A DNA stretch of 58,513 nt, counting the filler, from Sphacelaria rigidula (lineage: Eukaryota): NCBI GenBank assembly GCA_964200075.2. It is 8 parts of 8 records of this genome, joined end to end, with 100 filler letters (N's around TTAATTAATTAA, not from the genome) between each part and the next. Parts side by side here need not be neighbours in the genome. Positions count along the whole stretch, not along the records: positions 1 to 7,228 come from CAXNAA020015863.1; positions 7,329 to 14,555 come from CAXNAA020015864.1; 6 more parts are not named here. One strand, given 5' to 3'. Shown here piece by piece: positions 1 through 12,077 of the stretch (positions within the stretch are counted from its first letter, which is position 1; the number at the start of each line of letters is the position of its first letter). Under the pieces are notes generated by a model. It was not told the origin of the DNA. It saw only the letters and a list, made by a program, of their open reading frames with translations, and did no database searches. A program made the position numbers and the translations under genes.

Positions 1-3000
1 AAAAAAGACAGTGAAATTCGTGAAATGGTACATGGTCACTCGTGTACAGCACGGACAGTCTTCACTGTCTGCAGTGCTTGCAAGCAGTGTCTTGAGTGCG
101 GGTGTGCGTGTTTCGTACAGTAGGATATAACAACGTGCAGTGCAGACAGCCCAGGACTATCAGTTCTATCTGCTTACAATGCGACGTGAAAAGGACTTCA
201 ACAACGTTCAGCTTTGTACTGCCTGCACTGTCCATGAGCGTGCACGCGACTCGGTTGCCTGCTGCACCACGCAATTCCGTAGCCAATCACTACCATGAAA
301 GAAGATGCGCAAGTTTTCGCCAGCAAAAGATAAACAGAGTATACCCAACTACTGCAGTGTATCTATCTATCACTGTGCTTATCTCGTGCTCTATGCTGTA
401 GGGTTGCGGTGGTAGCTGAGAATGAGTTGGATGGGGTTTCCATGGTTCTGTGAACGGGTGTTGTCTGGCGTGGCGGTCTGTAAGATAGGAGTCAAGTGCC
501 GTTTCGTGCGTTTCGACCGCATGTTTTCGATCAAAAATTATTATTCTTTGTGGGAAATTTCTCCGCCCCCCGCTAATTATAAGTTTGAGTTGAACCCTTC
601 TAGGAACATAAATGCGGTGGACGTATCAGATCGACGATAAAAAAACGACCGCACTCTTTCGATTGAAAAAAAAAGTGCTGAGACACGCGCCAAGATGGGA
701 AAGAACGCCATCCGAAACTCTCTTATAAACGCAGAGGAATAATCAACACATCAGTAGGTGGTCGCACCTGTGCCGAGGCCTAACGGACAGAACACACGCT
801 TCGTCACTTATTACATTGGTGTAGTGTAGGATAGCTCTAGCCCTTGAGATCGCGCGGTACTCGACACAGGAAGCAAGCCGGCCCACGACACTCCACAGCC
901 CCCGGCATACACACAACAGCTACGAAATGTGGTTACACGTTTTGCTCAAGTCGCGACAGCGAACCAGAAAAGCCCCCTCAAAGCTGAAAACATAGAGTTA
1001 AGAAGCTGGTTTGGCTGACCAGTTACAGTTATCAATTCAAACTGGATAACTGGCGGCGAAGCCGCCCTGCGACTTCGCCAGCGTTGCCCAGCAAAGTAAC
1101 GCGGCGGAGTCACGTAAACGCCCCCCCCCGGCTGGTGAGGGAGCCCCGCCGGAGGCAAAAAAATTACGCCATTTCGCTTTACATCTCTTTAAAATCGCGG
1201 TAAATTCTAGCCGCCTAGTGCCAGTAGTTCGAGTACGCGATCGGTGCACAAAAATATGTATGTATGGAAGAAAAGTAAGCATCACTGAGCTTTGCGACGT
1301 GAATTGAAAAACGACACCGTCAGACGGTAGTACAACATACATAGCGTTCCGCGTGTACCACTCAAGTGCCAGGAACTACTATTAGTGGTGGTACGACAAC
1401 TTGGTAACTTTGTTGAGTGTGACTCCAACAGCTAGGAAAGTTTGAGAGAAAGTTCGACTCTTCCTCATGCTTCGGTATCATTGACCAGCCACCACTGAAC
1501 GCTTAGCGCATGATGCCGACATAATAAACCAAAGCACTCACAACAACGCTATGAAACGCGATCTTGCTTCACATTTCAGATCCGCTCAAAAACAACTGTC
1601 CGTGCGCAATCTCTATTTTTTTAAACACTAGAATAACTTTTCTGCAATGTTCGTGTCTACGTCTAGGTGTGTGCGCTGTGCAGTCATATACTCGCCTCTG
1701 TAACAGCGTCCCCACGTTCATTCTAGGACGACAATACTTCAGGAATGTTGAGTATGATACATGTGTACACAAAACACTTTGGAGTATGACACATATGTCG
1801 GGGTGAAATGACTGGTTTAACTGGTTACAAGACCGATCAGTTAACCAGTCGTACCAGTTAACTGTAACTGGTCGGTTAAACTGGCAGCCAGTTCACAGCT
1901 CTACGAACAAACCATATTTTTATATATTTGGGTATGTTGCGGCTTAGGATTTCGCGCAAACGCAACAAAGTAACTCGGGGACCTAGCTTGCGTGTGTGGG
2001 AAGCGCACGCAAAAAACCGCGGTCCCATCGTCCGCTTCGTTGCCGAGATCTGAGCGTTGCGCGATCGGCACAACAACATACTTACTGCAACAAGAAGGGC
2101 GTAACAACAACAACACGAGCAGCAGTTTCTACCCTCCTGTTGTTGTGACCCCGTGTACAACGCACAGAAACGTCAGTCACAGGTTTGTTGTAGAATGTAC
2201 TATAATAATGGTACATTTTGTGTGAGCGTGGTCGTCATTTCGAAGTGGCGCGTGTATTTGTGATTGATACGATTCGTCCGATTACGATCCAGTCCTTACG
2301 CATACAGAGATCGGGGCGGAGTTTCCCGAAATATAGTACCCCCAATCGGCTCACGTCCCGACCCATCACAGAAATTGGGGACATGTTTTTACAGGGCAAA
2401 AATGACATGGACTCCATCCGATTTCGGGCGCCCTTGCGGACAACTTTACTGCCGCGATGTATTGACAAAAAACACAAGAAAATAGGCAGGATGGTTCTTA
2501 GCGTAGCTGTACGGTTGCGGGCGGTCTTTCACAGCTGGTATGTACCTTGAGCTGGCCCAAGGCGGAAACATATACTCGTTCGCTTCTACTACCCATGCAC
2601 GTGAGGTACTGGTTACAAGTTGCGTATTCTGGACACTTTCGTACGTCTTCCGGGGCACTGGTTCACTATTTGTTGGATAAGGAGACGTGCATGCTCGGAG
2701 TTCATCTGCACGTGTTCAGTCTCGCTGGCCACTGATACCTTGAGGTGACGAGTAATCACAAGCTATTCCAAAACGACTGCGCCGGAAGGGGCTGCGAGAT
2801 GGGCGAGAGTGGGCGAAAGAACAAAACTCGGCGAACGTCGACGGGCTGGGGGAGTGTTGATGGCCATGATTCAATGCTCTTTGGTTATTCTTGAGGCGGT
2901 ACCGCTTGGTTGGTCCCCCGAGGCGATGGACTCGTCCCGACGGAGATGGGCGAAATCTCGGAGGTTGAACGTGTGACGGCGTATGACGCGAGGAAAAGAT

Positions 3001-3191
3001 AACGAAAAATGTACCCTTCACACGCGCAGCCATCTTCCGCCCCATTTCCCGGTGTTTTCTTCGCTCGTCTTCGATATTTTATTCTTGTTCTGACGCTGTT
3101 GTTATTGTCAACCATGACACGTGACTGCCATTTTTCATTTCCGTAACGGTTCGATCACAGAAAGTCTCTTGACTGCGTATTTTGCGCTCCG

Positions 3192-3194
<3 letters not shown>

Positions 3195-3231
<37 letters not shown>
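3195..3231. repeat. (GT)n microsatellite
   Basis: Uninterrupted GT run of about 18 units. Confidence 0.95.
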
Positions 3232-3232
<1 letters not shown>

Positions 3233-3338
3233 CGTGTTTTCCTTTGTTTACTGCCGTCCGCTTGTCCACTTTGTTTTCATGCTCATTTCACCCTTTGTGC
3301 GTGCTGGTGTGCCATGTGTCTGTGCGGGTATTCTGCAG

Positions 3339-4797
3339 AATGCTCGATATCCCGGCTGACGCCCGTAAGCTGCCGACCTCGCGTGAAATACCGCCATCGA
3401 CGAATGAGAAGATTGCCGTCGCCACCGCTACTCACCCCTCCCGCATCCACGTCGACGTCACGGTCTTCGGATGACTTGTCGGCGTCTACCTGCACAGGAG
3501 TTTCGTTAGCCGTAAAGTCGAATGGCGGGGTCGGTGGTGGTGACAGAGACGGCATAGAGGGATGGCTTCGCAGCATATGCCAAGGAGTATCATCTACGAT
3601 ATTGACAAGGTATTCTGCGCAACGCTGCGCAACGCTGCGCTACGCTGTCGGTTGAAGAAATCTCAAGAACTGTTCCTTTTTTGACAAGCATTCGTGAACG
3701 AATTAACTCTTGACATACCATCTTGCTCAGTAGAGATCATTCTCAAAGCGGTTCCCACATCTTTTGACGAGGATGCACCGGGCAAACTCTTCTCAAATGC
3801 TTGGCATGATGGACGTCCCCTTCTCTCTCTCTTTCTCTCTCTTATCTATACGCTGAGATAGTGAACATAACTGGTGGGAGGTGGGGGCGTTGTGGGACGG
3901 ATGACATAGCTGGATTGCTCTGACCCGCGGTATGCTGCAGGATCTTGCTACATTAGTTCATGTGGAGCACCGTTGAGCACATTCTTGGGCTAGCTTTTTC
4001 GTTGCGTCATCTGGATTCTGCGGTTGGAGGCCGCGCATGAAACAAGGAGCCGTGCTGTACGGAATTGGAGGCGTCGCAACGCCCCCCCTTTTCCCCCCGC
4101 CCCTCACCCCCACCCCTTCAGCTGCGTTGCACCTCTTGCCTCGTTTCTTCTCTTCCCTGTCTCCTTCTTTTGTCAAGCACCGAGATAATAAACCTACCGA
4201 TCTCTGCGTTTTTCTCGTTTTCGTCCCTGAACACTGAGTCACACGTCTCACCCTTACGTTATGTCTCCTGTTTTTTCTCTTGTTCTGTTCTTGTGCGTTC
4301 TCGCCGTCCCCGCCGTCGTGGTGGACCAATGATTCTTGTCTTGTAGGGAGCTGACTGGTGTCTTCGGTGGAGAGGGGGAGCAGGAGTATGAGAGGAGGGA
4401 GAGACTCAAACCGAGAGCCGCAGGACATCCCGCGGGTTCCAGGAGGTGATTGGTTTACTCGATCTGGTTCGATTCATCAACCGTATTTTCTTCTCTTGAG
4501 GCTGACGTCCTTCGTTGGGCGACTGACTTGGTCTGTTTTGGTCCGTTCACTGATCGTTTGGGCCTTTTTTTTTCGCATGGGTATTTAGAGAACAGTACGG
4601 GAGGGGAGCGTTCAGTTGATACCCCACGCGTCGTGGGATACTCGGCACTGCAACTACCTCGAGAAAATGTCGGGTGCCTGAGGTACTGTACCCTACACTG
4701 ACCACTCTCGATTTTGTGTTGCTTGTCATCATTTTCCTTGCTTTTTACGTACTCCAGGGTGCAGGTAGGTGGCGGTAATGGACGATGGCGGTGGTGA
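3339..4797 (+). CDS. Possible spliced hypothetical gene fragment (exons about 3339-3609, 4347-4445, 4758-4797)
   Basis: Pyrimidine-rich tracts ending in CAG/TAG acceptors, with AG|GT donors. The phases join (phase 2, phase 2) into ...GIEGWLRSICQGVSSTILTR-ELTGVFGGEGEQEYERRERLKP...-VQVGGGNGRWRW*. No recognisable domain. Confidence 0.3.
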
Positions 4798-7228
4798 CGG
4801 TGATTTTGGAACAGATTCGAAGCCTTAAGGATGCGACGGCGAATTTTTGCTGTGTGTACTGACGGTTTTGTGTCGGACGTCTAGGGTAGCGTTGTTTGGA
4901 ATAGTCGACCACTTTTGTTTGGATAAAGTTCATTTGTACTGAAATAGGTAACTTACTGGTTTTTAGTGCTGTCCATGAATAACCTGTGTATGTACATATG
5001 TGTATATATGTAAATATATATGATCGTACAGGCAAAGTCGAAGAGAGCGTCGAATCAAGAGGCGTGGATAAAGGGGTACGTGGTGAATCTGATGAAATGA
5101 TCCCTTGCTGTGAAGGAAGTTCAGGAGGCGAGGGCTGAGCAACTCGCATGCGCAGACACTAGCGGTAAGTCTCGATGCGAAATATATTGGATGGCTGTTC
5201 GGTCGACTACTTGATTGATCGGTTGAGTGATTGGGTTATGAGTAAGTGATCCTGCCGACTTCAGTCGTAGTGTTGTTGCAAAAACGTGTTTGCAGTCGCG
5301 TTTTGGTCGGTAGATTAACCGCGTTCAATGTTGTAACCGAGCCGTGGGCCGCGGTCGAGAGAGAGAGAGGGCAGATACGTAGTCGAGGCGAATGAAGCAA
5401 AGCACACCGCTGAAGAAAACACGGGTGCGGTATTGCTCGCACGGTACCGTACAGTAACATATTTCGCTATACTGCCCTACTTTATCCTCTGCAGTTACTG
5501 TGCTTTGTAGTACGACGTACGGCAGCACTAGGTGGTACATTACCCTGTACCGTGCAGCACTGTGCTAAGTTACAACGTCAACGTTTCGCACTCCCACAGG
5601 ATATTCCTTGCACACGCACGGCCTACTTATTCATCACGTGACTCCACACAGCATGCGAGTGCCTGTCACGAGCACGAATTGCAATACATGACACGATTGC
5701 ACATCATCAACATGGAAGCATGAAAACATGAAAACACGGATACGGCGAAACCTGCCGCATGTGAACCTCTCCCCCACAAGCCGCTGCCAGGACTAGACAG
5801 GTTCACAGTATCAGGTCACCAACAAGGCACCTCAGTAATTGAATAACTGGCCGATAGCACGGTTCTCCCTCTCGGAAGCTAGCTTGCACTACTGACACTG
5901 CACGGACCGGGCGTCAACTCTTCGCGTTCCGTTCACGTATTCTTTCCATCTGTTGTAGTAATGACAATGTGCTTCCTCTTGATGAGCCCGTGGGCTGGAG
6001 CCATCAATCAACGCATCTCTGCCCGTGTACATGTAACCCTAATCCTAAGGTATATGACATGGGGTGCAGACGCACGCATAAAAAAGCCTGCCCGTCGCCC
6101 CACCCTGTCTGTCGAAGGAGAGGTGGGTAGATGGATTGATCGTCGAGACGGCGTGCTCGTCCCGACGAAGGCGGCGGAGAGGCCAGCTCTTTGAGCGCCC
6201 GCTGATTGACACCTGAATCTGACAGCCATTTTCAAAAGCCACTTTCCAGAGTAAGTTCGGCGTTGATTCATCAGATGGGTATCTCCGGGCGGTGAAGGGA
6301 ATAGACCAGAACTATCACAGAGTAAAGGAAGGAAAATGCAGCAACTGATGCCCCCCCTACCCCCGCCCCTTACGCCCGCCGCCCTATCGTGTCATCAGTC
6401 GGTGTTCAGCTCGGTGCTGGAGGCCGCCCGGGAGGTGCCTCTTCTCCCAAGTAGTGCAAAATGATGCCAGCAGCTCTACCGGCCGCCGCGGCGGACGTGC
6501 ATGTTTCATAGGTTGCGGCATGCACCGTCTGGGTCGAACAGGTGGACTGTTGGGGTATAGGTCGCTGGTGGTGGGCGTCCCACCTCGTGTCGGTCGGTTT
6601 GTGGCGTGGTCGTAGAGCATGAAACGGAACAAGTCTTGCAAGACGATTTGGTATAGACTACATGTATCGGACCGCATCTTTCAGCAGTCGGCAGCTTCGA
6701 GTTGGGAAAGGTTTGGGGGTTTGGCTGCATGGTGAAGATTGATAGGCATCGGGTCAGTTGATGATGTGATACTGATACATGGACGGTCTAGAGCAATATG
6801 CGACCCCTGAACACACAACATGCACGAGCGTGAACATACACACGATTGAGAAGCTTCGTGCCGTCACGCGGACAACGTAGCGTTGCTTGCGTGGAACCTC
6901 GCTTGGTTGACCTGCGGACGAGGAAACAAGCCGGAACGGTAGCTGGAAATGGGATCTTTGGGCGGCGGGAGAGCTTGCCTGTAGAGGAAATCGAGGTTGT
7001 TCAGACTTGCTGCCTTCGTGGGTGATATACGTATTGTAGATCACCCAGGGTACTCCTCGAGGGAGGCGGGATTTACGTAGTAGAGGGGGAGAAGAAGGCT
7101 TGCTTCGGGCTTGGGATTTGTCGTCGCCATGGGTGATAATCTCGGTACATGACGCACAATATGCCTTGTGGCGGGCGGTTTTCACGTAGGCGGGGGGGGG
7201 GGGGGGGGGGAGCAAGGGAAGGGCTGTC

Positions 7229-7328
7229 NNNNNNNNNNNNNNNNNNNNNNNNNNNNNNNNNNNNNNNNNNNNTTAATTAATTAANNNNNNNNNNNNNNNN
7301 NNNNNNNNNNNNNNNNNNNNNNNNNNNN
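7229..7328. other. Artificial contig linker (N44-TTAATTAATTAA-N44). Others at 14556-14655, 21883-21982, 29210-29309, 36536-36635, 43862-43961 and 51188-51287
   Basis: Identical 100-bp spacer with stops in all six frames, recurring about every 7.33 kb. Confidence 0.98.
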
Positions 7329-7874
7329 ATAGAATAATCTATTGTATTATTGGACAGTGCCTAGACTGAGTTGACCCTATGACTGGGGGATCAGATGCTG
7401 AGTGAGAGAGTGAGGGCTCATGGCAGCTCGGCAGCTGTAATGAGCGGGATACTGTAGTCACACACACTCGACTGCCAGTACCCGCACATCCGCATAATTA
7501 TATCCGCAGGTGTGCATGTTCACTCAGTGTACCTGTTCACATGAACATTCTCAGCAGTGAGCGGCATTGTCCCACGGTTGGAATGCGGACCGTCTCTCGC
7601 ACGAGGAAGAACAGCAGCAGCAGCTGTATACGGCTCGGGGTGGGCTGAATCAGCCGGTCCGGTGCCGATACTCCTACTACTACTACTGACTGTGCTGTTG
7701 TAAGGAGATAAATGAGGCTTCAGATACCGGAGCAACAACGCGCGACAAGACAAGCTAGGGGAGGTTTCAACAGACAAAAAAAAATCGGTTGTTGGTGTTT
7801 TGCTACACTTTTCCGGGGAGCATGTGAATTTGTGGAAGTTGGCTTCAGTTCCGTTTGAGAGTTCAACCCCATTC

Positions 7875-8327
7875 AACAGCCGATCATTGAAATTGAGGAT
7901 GGAGCTTTTCACTGAGGATGAGAACGTCCGGAGGATTAAAATCCTCGTATTCACACCAAATGTTCTAAATATGGGTCCCTTCCTTGACCTACTGGTAGCT
8001 ATTAACAACTGCTACACGCCATGCAAACTTGGATTTCGATAAGCGAAATAAATTTTGAGGTCCTCGGTGAAGAAAAAATTTCGGGAATTCAAGTAATCCG
8101 GTCGGATCGCCAAAATACCCCGAAATCGGTTCTTGACCTAGGACCCCAACATTTCGGTTATCGAAATCCAGATTTGTATGACGTGTAATACCTGTCAATA
8201 GCTACCAGTAGATGAAGGAATGGAACTATATTTCGAACACATATATGGTGTGGATACGAATATTTCAATCCTCCGGGTTCTCATCCTCAATGAAAAGCTC
8301 CATCCTCAATTTCGATGATGGGCTGTT
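7875..8327. mobile_element. Fold-back/MITE-like palindromic element, family A, copy 1
   Basis: The whole ~450 bp is an imperfect inverted repeat (AACAGCC...GAGGATGAGAAC / GTTCTCATCCTC...GGCTGTT). A homologous copy lies at 30826-31259. Confidence 0.8.
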
Positions 8328-8379
8328 ATTTCCCGGCATCCTCTCTTAACCGCGCATTCTCAAAACTAGGGTCGAACAA

Positions 8380-8590
8380 AAAAGAACGAGGTTCAACTCA
8401 AAAGCAGTGCTTTCCCTGACCTATATTCATGAAAACTGACTTTTATATGGACGACCTCATCCCTCCCGACCTCCCCAACACTACAGTTGTATTTCGGGGG
8501 ATTCCTAGCCTTCCGTTACCCCGAAGGGTATGTGCGAAACACGATTTTTGGGCCATGGAGCGTCCTTTTTTTCACCCCGAAATCGAGGGT
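8380..8590 (+). repeat. Dispersed repeat, similar to about 37480-37690
   Basis: Shared blocks CAGTGCTTTCCC, TATGGACGAC and GTATGTGCG in the same order in both places. Confidence 0.55.
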
Positions 8591-10118
8591 GGAAAAATTA
8601 AGAAAAAAAGACCTCCTGTCATGAGGAAGATAGAGAGGCGTTATTTGTTCTTTCAGACAGTTTTGGGGCAGGTTGGCTCACAGACCACTCGATTCAGCCA
8701 TGGGGATGTTCCCATAGTTCTGGGGAAGGTTGATGTACAGGCTACGTTCTAGGGAAGATTGATGCACAGGCTGGCTTATCCTAGCTGGGGAAGATTAGTG
8801 TGCAGGGTGACATGCCCTGGCCCCGAGGAGGCAAACGCCTTCTCGGGCTGAGTTCAGATAGGCTGCGTTGCATGTACCTCATGCACCCCCGCCCACTCTT
8901 GAGCTACCCTTCGAGCCGGACCATCTGCTCCTACTGTTTATCTTTGGTGAGAACATGACGACTTCAGTGTCTTCATACTTTTTCGGTGTGACCATTGCGT
9001 AGTCACAACTGCCGCCGCAGAGGTGTGGTAGTAGCGACCGCCGCTCCAGCGTGCAGAGTACTGTAGGGTACACTACTTGTTCTTCCGCGCGATAATCTGC
9101 ACCAACCCAATTGATACATTCGGTGCTGTACGTCTCTCATCGCACCTCTCATCAGGTTTCTATCACACCTCCGCGCCGCGACTACAGTTTTCGCTGGGTG
9201 AGCACTACGTGGTCAACTTTTCACTTTGGGGTCGTGCAATCCCCGACGCGCTTTTCATCTTTTGTGCGTGTACTGGTGAAAACGTTTTTTTTTTCTATCT
9301 TTCGCGCGGGTACTACATACACGGTTTCTTTATCTTTTTGGCCTTGCACGGCGTGTTCCACTTTTTCCTCTTTGGTGCTTCACTACCTGGATCGCTTTAC
9401 GATTCCCTGATTTCTTGTTCAAAATTTCGTATCCCCCTGTAGTCTTTCCAGCTTGGCGCCTGACCTGCACCAACAATTAGTGTTTCAGTCGACTGCTGCA
9501 GCTGTCTTCTCTTGGACCCCTGCACTTGAGTTCACTGCTTCGCACCCTCGTTTCCGCCCTTCTGATTCTCTTTCTCTCTTGAATTTCACAGATATTTACA
9601 CATCGCCTCCCTTTTGGCAACGTATTCCACACTAGTATTGGTGCCTCCTTCCGCGGTCTCGACTGGTGTTTTTCTACACCTCCTGTGTGCGGTATTTTAC
9701 TTGCACCACTGCAATACCCTTGTCCAACGTGTGCCTGGCCACTACGTATCCCTGTCATATTTACCGTGCACAGCGCGCCCGTCGGACATCTGCCCGGGTG
9801 TCTGTCTCCTTTCACAGTCGCCTCATTGTTAGGTTTTACTCTTGCACCAAGCCTCTCGTGCGACAGCTGTTGGTGGTGTCTTATTTCCGCCGCAAATCCT
9901 CTCTTTTCGGCGTTTCATAATACCCACCTTTTTGCTCTGCTGTCTGCCTTTTGGTACTCGGAATTGCCGAGATTACGCTGATTGTTATTATCACAGAAGT
10001 CTACTCTAGTTTGGTGTAACTCTGTTTATAAAATTCTGTAGTTTTTACTGCTATTTTTTTTCGGTACTTACAACCTCCTGCCGAGTCTACACTACCTGCT
10101 ATTATTATACCAGGACCC

Positions 10119-12077
10119 TTGTACTCTGATGTCTGGCGTCCATTTCTACTTCTTCAATTTAACATGGCGCAACCGCAGAAAATAATTTTCCCCTCGGGCC
10201 TGCCTACTTGCAAATCTTTACGCCGTCAGCGTTTGCTTTCATCAATCCATTCAAAACCAAAACCCTTCACTATTACTTCTCCTGTACACGAAGAAGTGAA
10301 ATCCGACAGAGCTTCGACCTGCAACTCTGGCGATTACACGTCTCAAGACTTGGCTGCTACTGGTGACCACGACCGCCATCTGCCCAAGACTTCCAACATT
10401 ATCGACGAGACGCTCCGCGCTCGCTCTGTTGCGAACCGCACACCGTTCAAGACTCCCGACATTATTGACGAGTCGCTACGCGCTCGCTCTGTCGTGGACC
10501 GTTCACTGTCCAAGACTCCCGGCATTATCGATGAGTCGCTCCGCGCTCGCTCTGTCGCGGATCGTACACTGTCCAAGACTTCCAACATAGTCGACGAGTC
10601 GCTACGCGCTCGCTCTGTTGTGCAACGGGCTCAGTCTCGGGGTTCCCACATATCTGATGAGTCGCCACGCGTCGCCACTGTTGTGGAACGCAAACCGCTT
10701 CAGGCTCCTCCCGCGGTTATTGACTCATCCCGCGCTTGCGGTGTTGAGGGTTACGACGCCTCCCAGCGCCAGCGCCGACATGACATGTATCGTGAGGACA
10801 CTTCTGTTCACCGCACCTCGCGCCGAACATCCTCCTCGCGTTGGCCGCTCCGAAGCGCCTTCCACAGAGCACTTGCCTTTAGTAACGGCTCTTGAGCACT
10901 TGCTTCGTTCATCACCGACTGACATTTCTGATGGTCCGGCGACAACTGCCCTTTCACAAGCGCTTGCGGCCGCGTTTCACACAGCCGTTGAACATTCCAT
11001 GTCTTCTGATCATGTTCACTTTGACAGTAATACGAACCATCGAGCCTTTGCACCACTGGCTGCAGACCCTGATGATGTACGTTCAACCTCAGATGTTGCT
11101 TCTGATTCGATTTGGATCATGACGACCTTGTTCACCACGGTGATACCACTACTCATGCCCATGATGTCCGTGCTCTGTTATCGGGACTATCTCCAACCAC
11201 GGGATCCTCACGGCCTAAATCTGTCGGTCAGACACATGTGAGCTCACGACTGCCCGTTGATGCTTCGTTGGCTAATATTCACGTACCTTTGCGCAGCGGA
11301 CGCAGCACTCACCGTGCCCTTCCGCCCCATCCTGATGCTGCCACTGTGCATGCTGTCGAACAACAAATTGCAGATCTTCGTCGCTACTTACGCTGCGCTG
11401 CAACTATGGCCAATGCTCCTGCACCTTTGACTACTGCACCCATCGCAGCCCCTGCCCCTTCTATGGCAGCCGACATTGATACGGATGCCGAGAGCGCCCG
11501 TGTCACGCCCCCCGCTCCCCGCGCGGCGGCCCCAGTGGATTCCGCCACGGTAGATCAGGGTCACACCCCTGTCACGGCCGCCTCGGCGAGATGGGCCCCT
11601 TCGCCGCCAAATTCTGCTGCCGCGGGCTCGGCTCCGGCGCCTGCCCCCGAGCCTGACACGGACGATCGCCCCCTGCTGGGCGTCGAGCATTGCCCGTCGG
11701 GCCTTCCGCTCCGGCTCTGGTTTCGTGGCGCCCGAGCAGACCAGGAACACATTCTGGCTGAATATCAGCCTTTCAAACCGGCCACGGCCCCGGCGCCACC
11801 TTCACCCCGACAACCGGCAGACAATGCTGCTCCCCGTCTCCTTCAGGATGACCTCGCGGAACGACTGGCGCGCCAACGCCAGGTCGTTGATTCGGCATCC
11901 AGCCGCCAGCGGGCGGCTCAACGTACCCTCAATGAACGCCTCGCTGCGCTCGGCCAGATGCAGGATTCCCTACGACGCAATGAACACCGCTTGCGTCAGT
12001 GCGAGACCGCGACAGAAACTGCGACCACGGCCCTACGTTCCTTGGAACACGGGCAACATCTCATTCACCTTATCTGA
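10119..12077 (+). pseudogene. Gag-position ORFs of the Gypsy element (broken; tandem-repeat, Pro/Ala-rich and coiled-coil segments)
   Basis: ORFs 10119-10895, 10618-11241 and 11112-12077 lie upstream of the protease. The C-terminal part is heptad-like (LAERLARQRQ...LRSLE). No CCHC knuckle is visible. Confidence 0.55.
10386..10700 (+). repeat. 63-bp coding tandem repeat, 5 copies (KTSNIIDESLRARSVxDRxLS)
   Basis: Units start at 10386, 10449, 10512, 10575 and 10638. The last is diverged. Confidence 0.92.

Noticed and set aside
7273-7284. Regularly spaced TTAATTAATTAA motif as a biological periodic signal
   Set aside because: Assembly spacer embedded in Ns.
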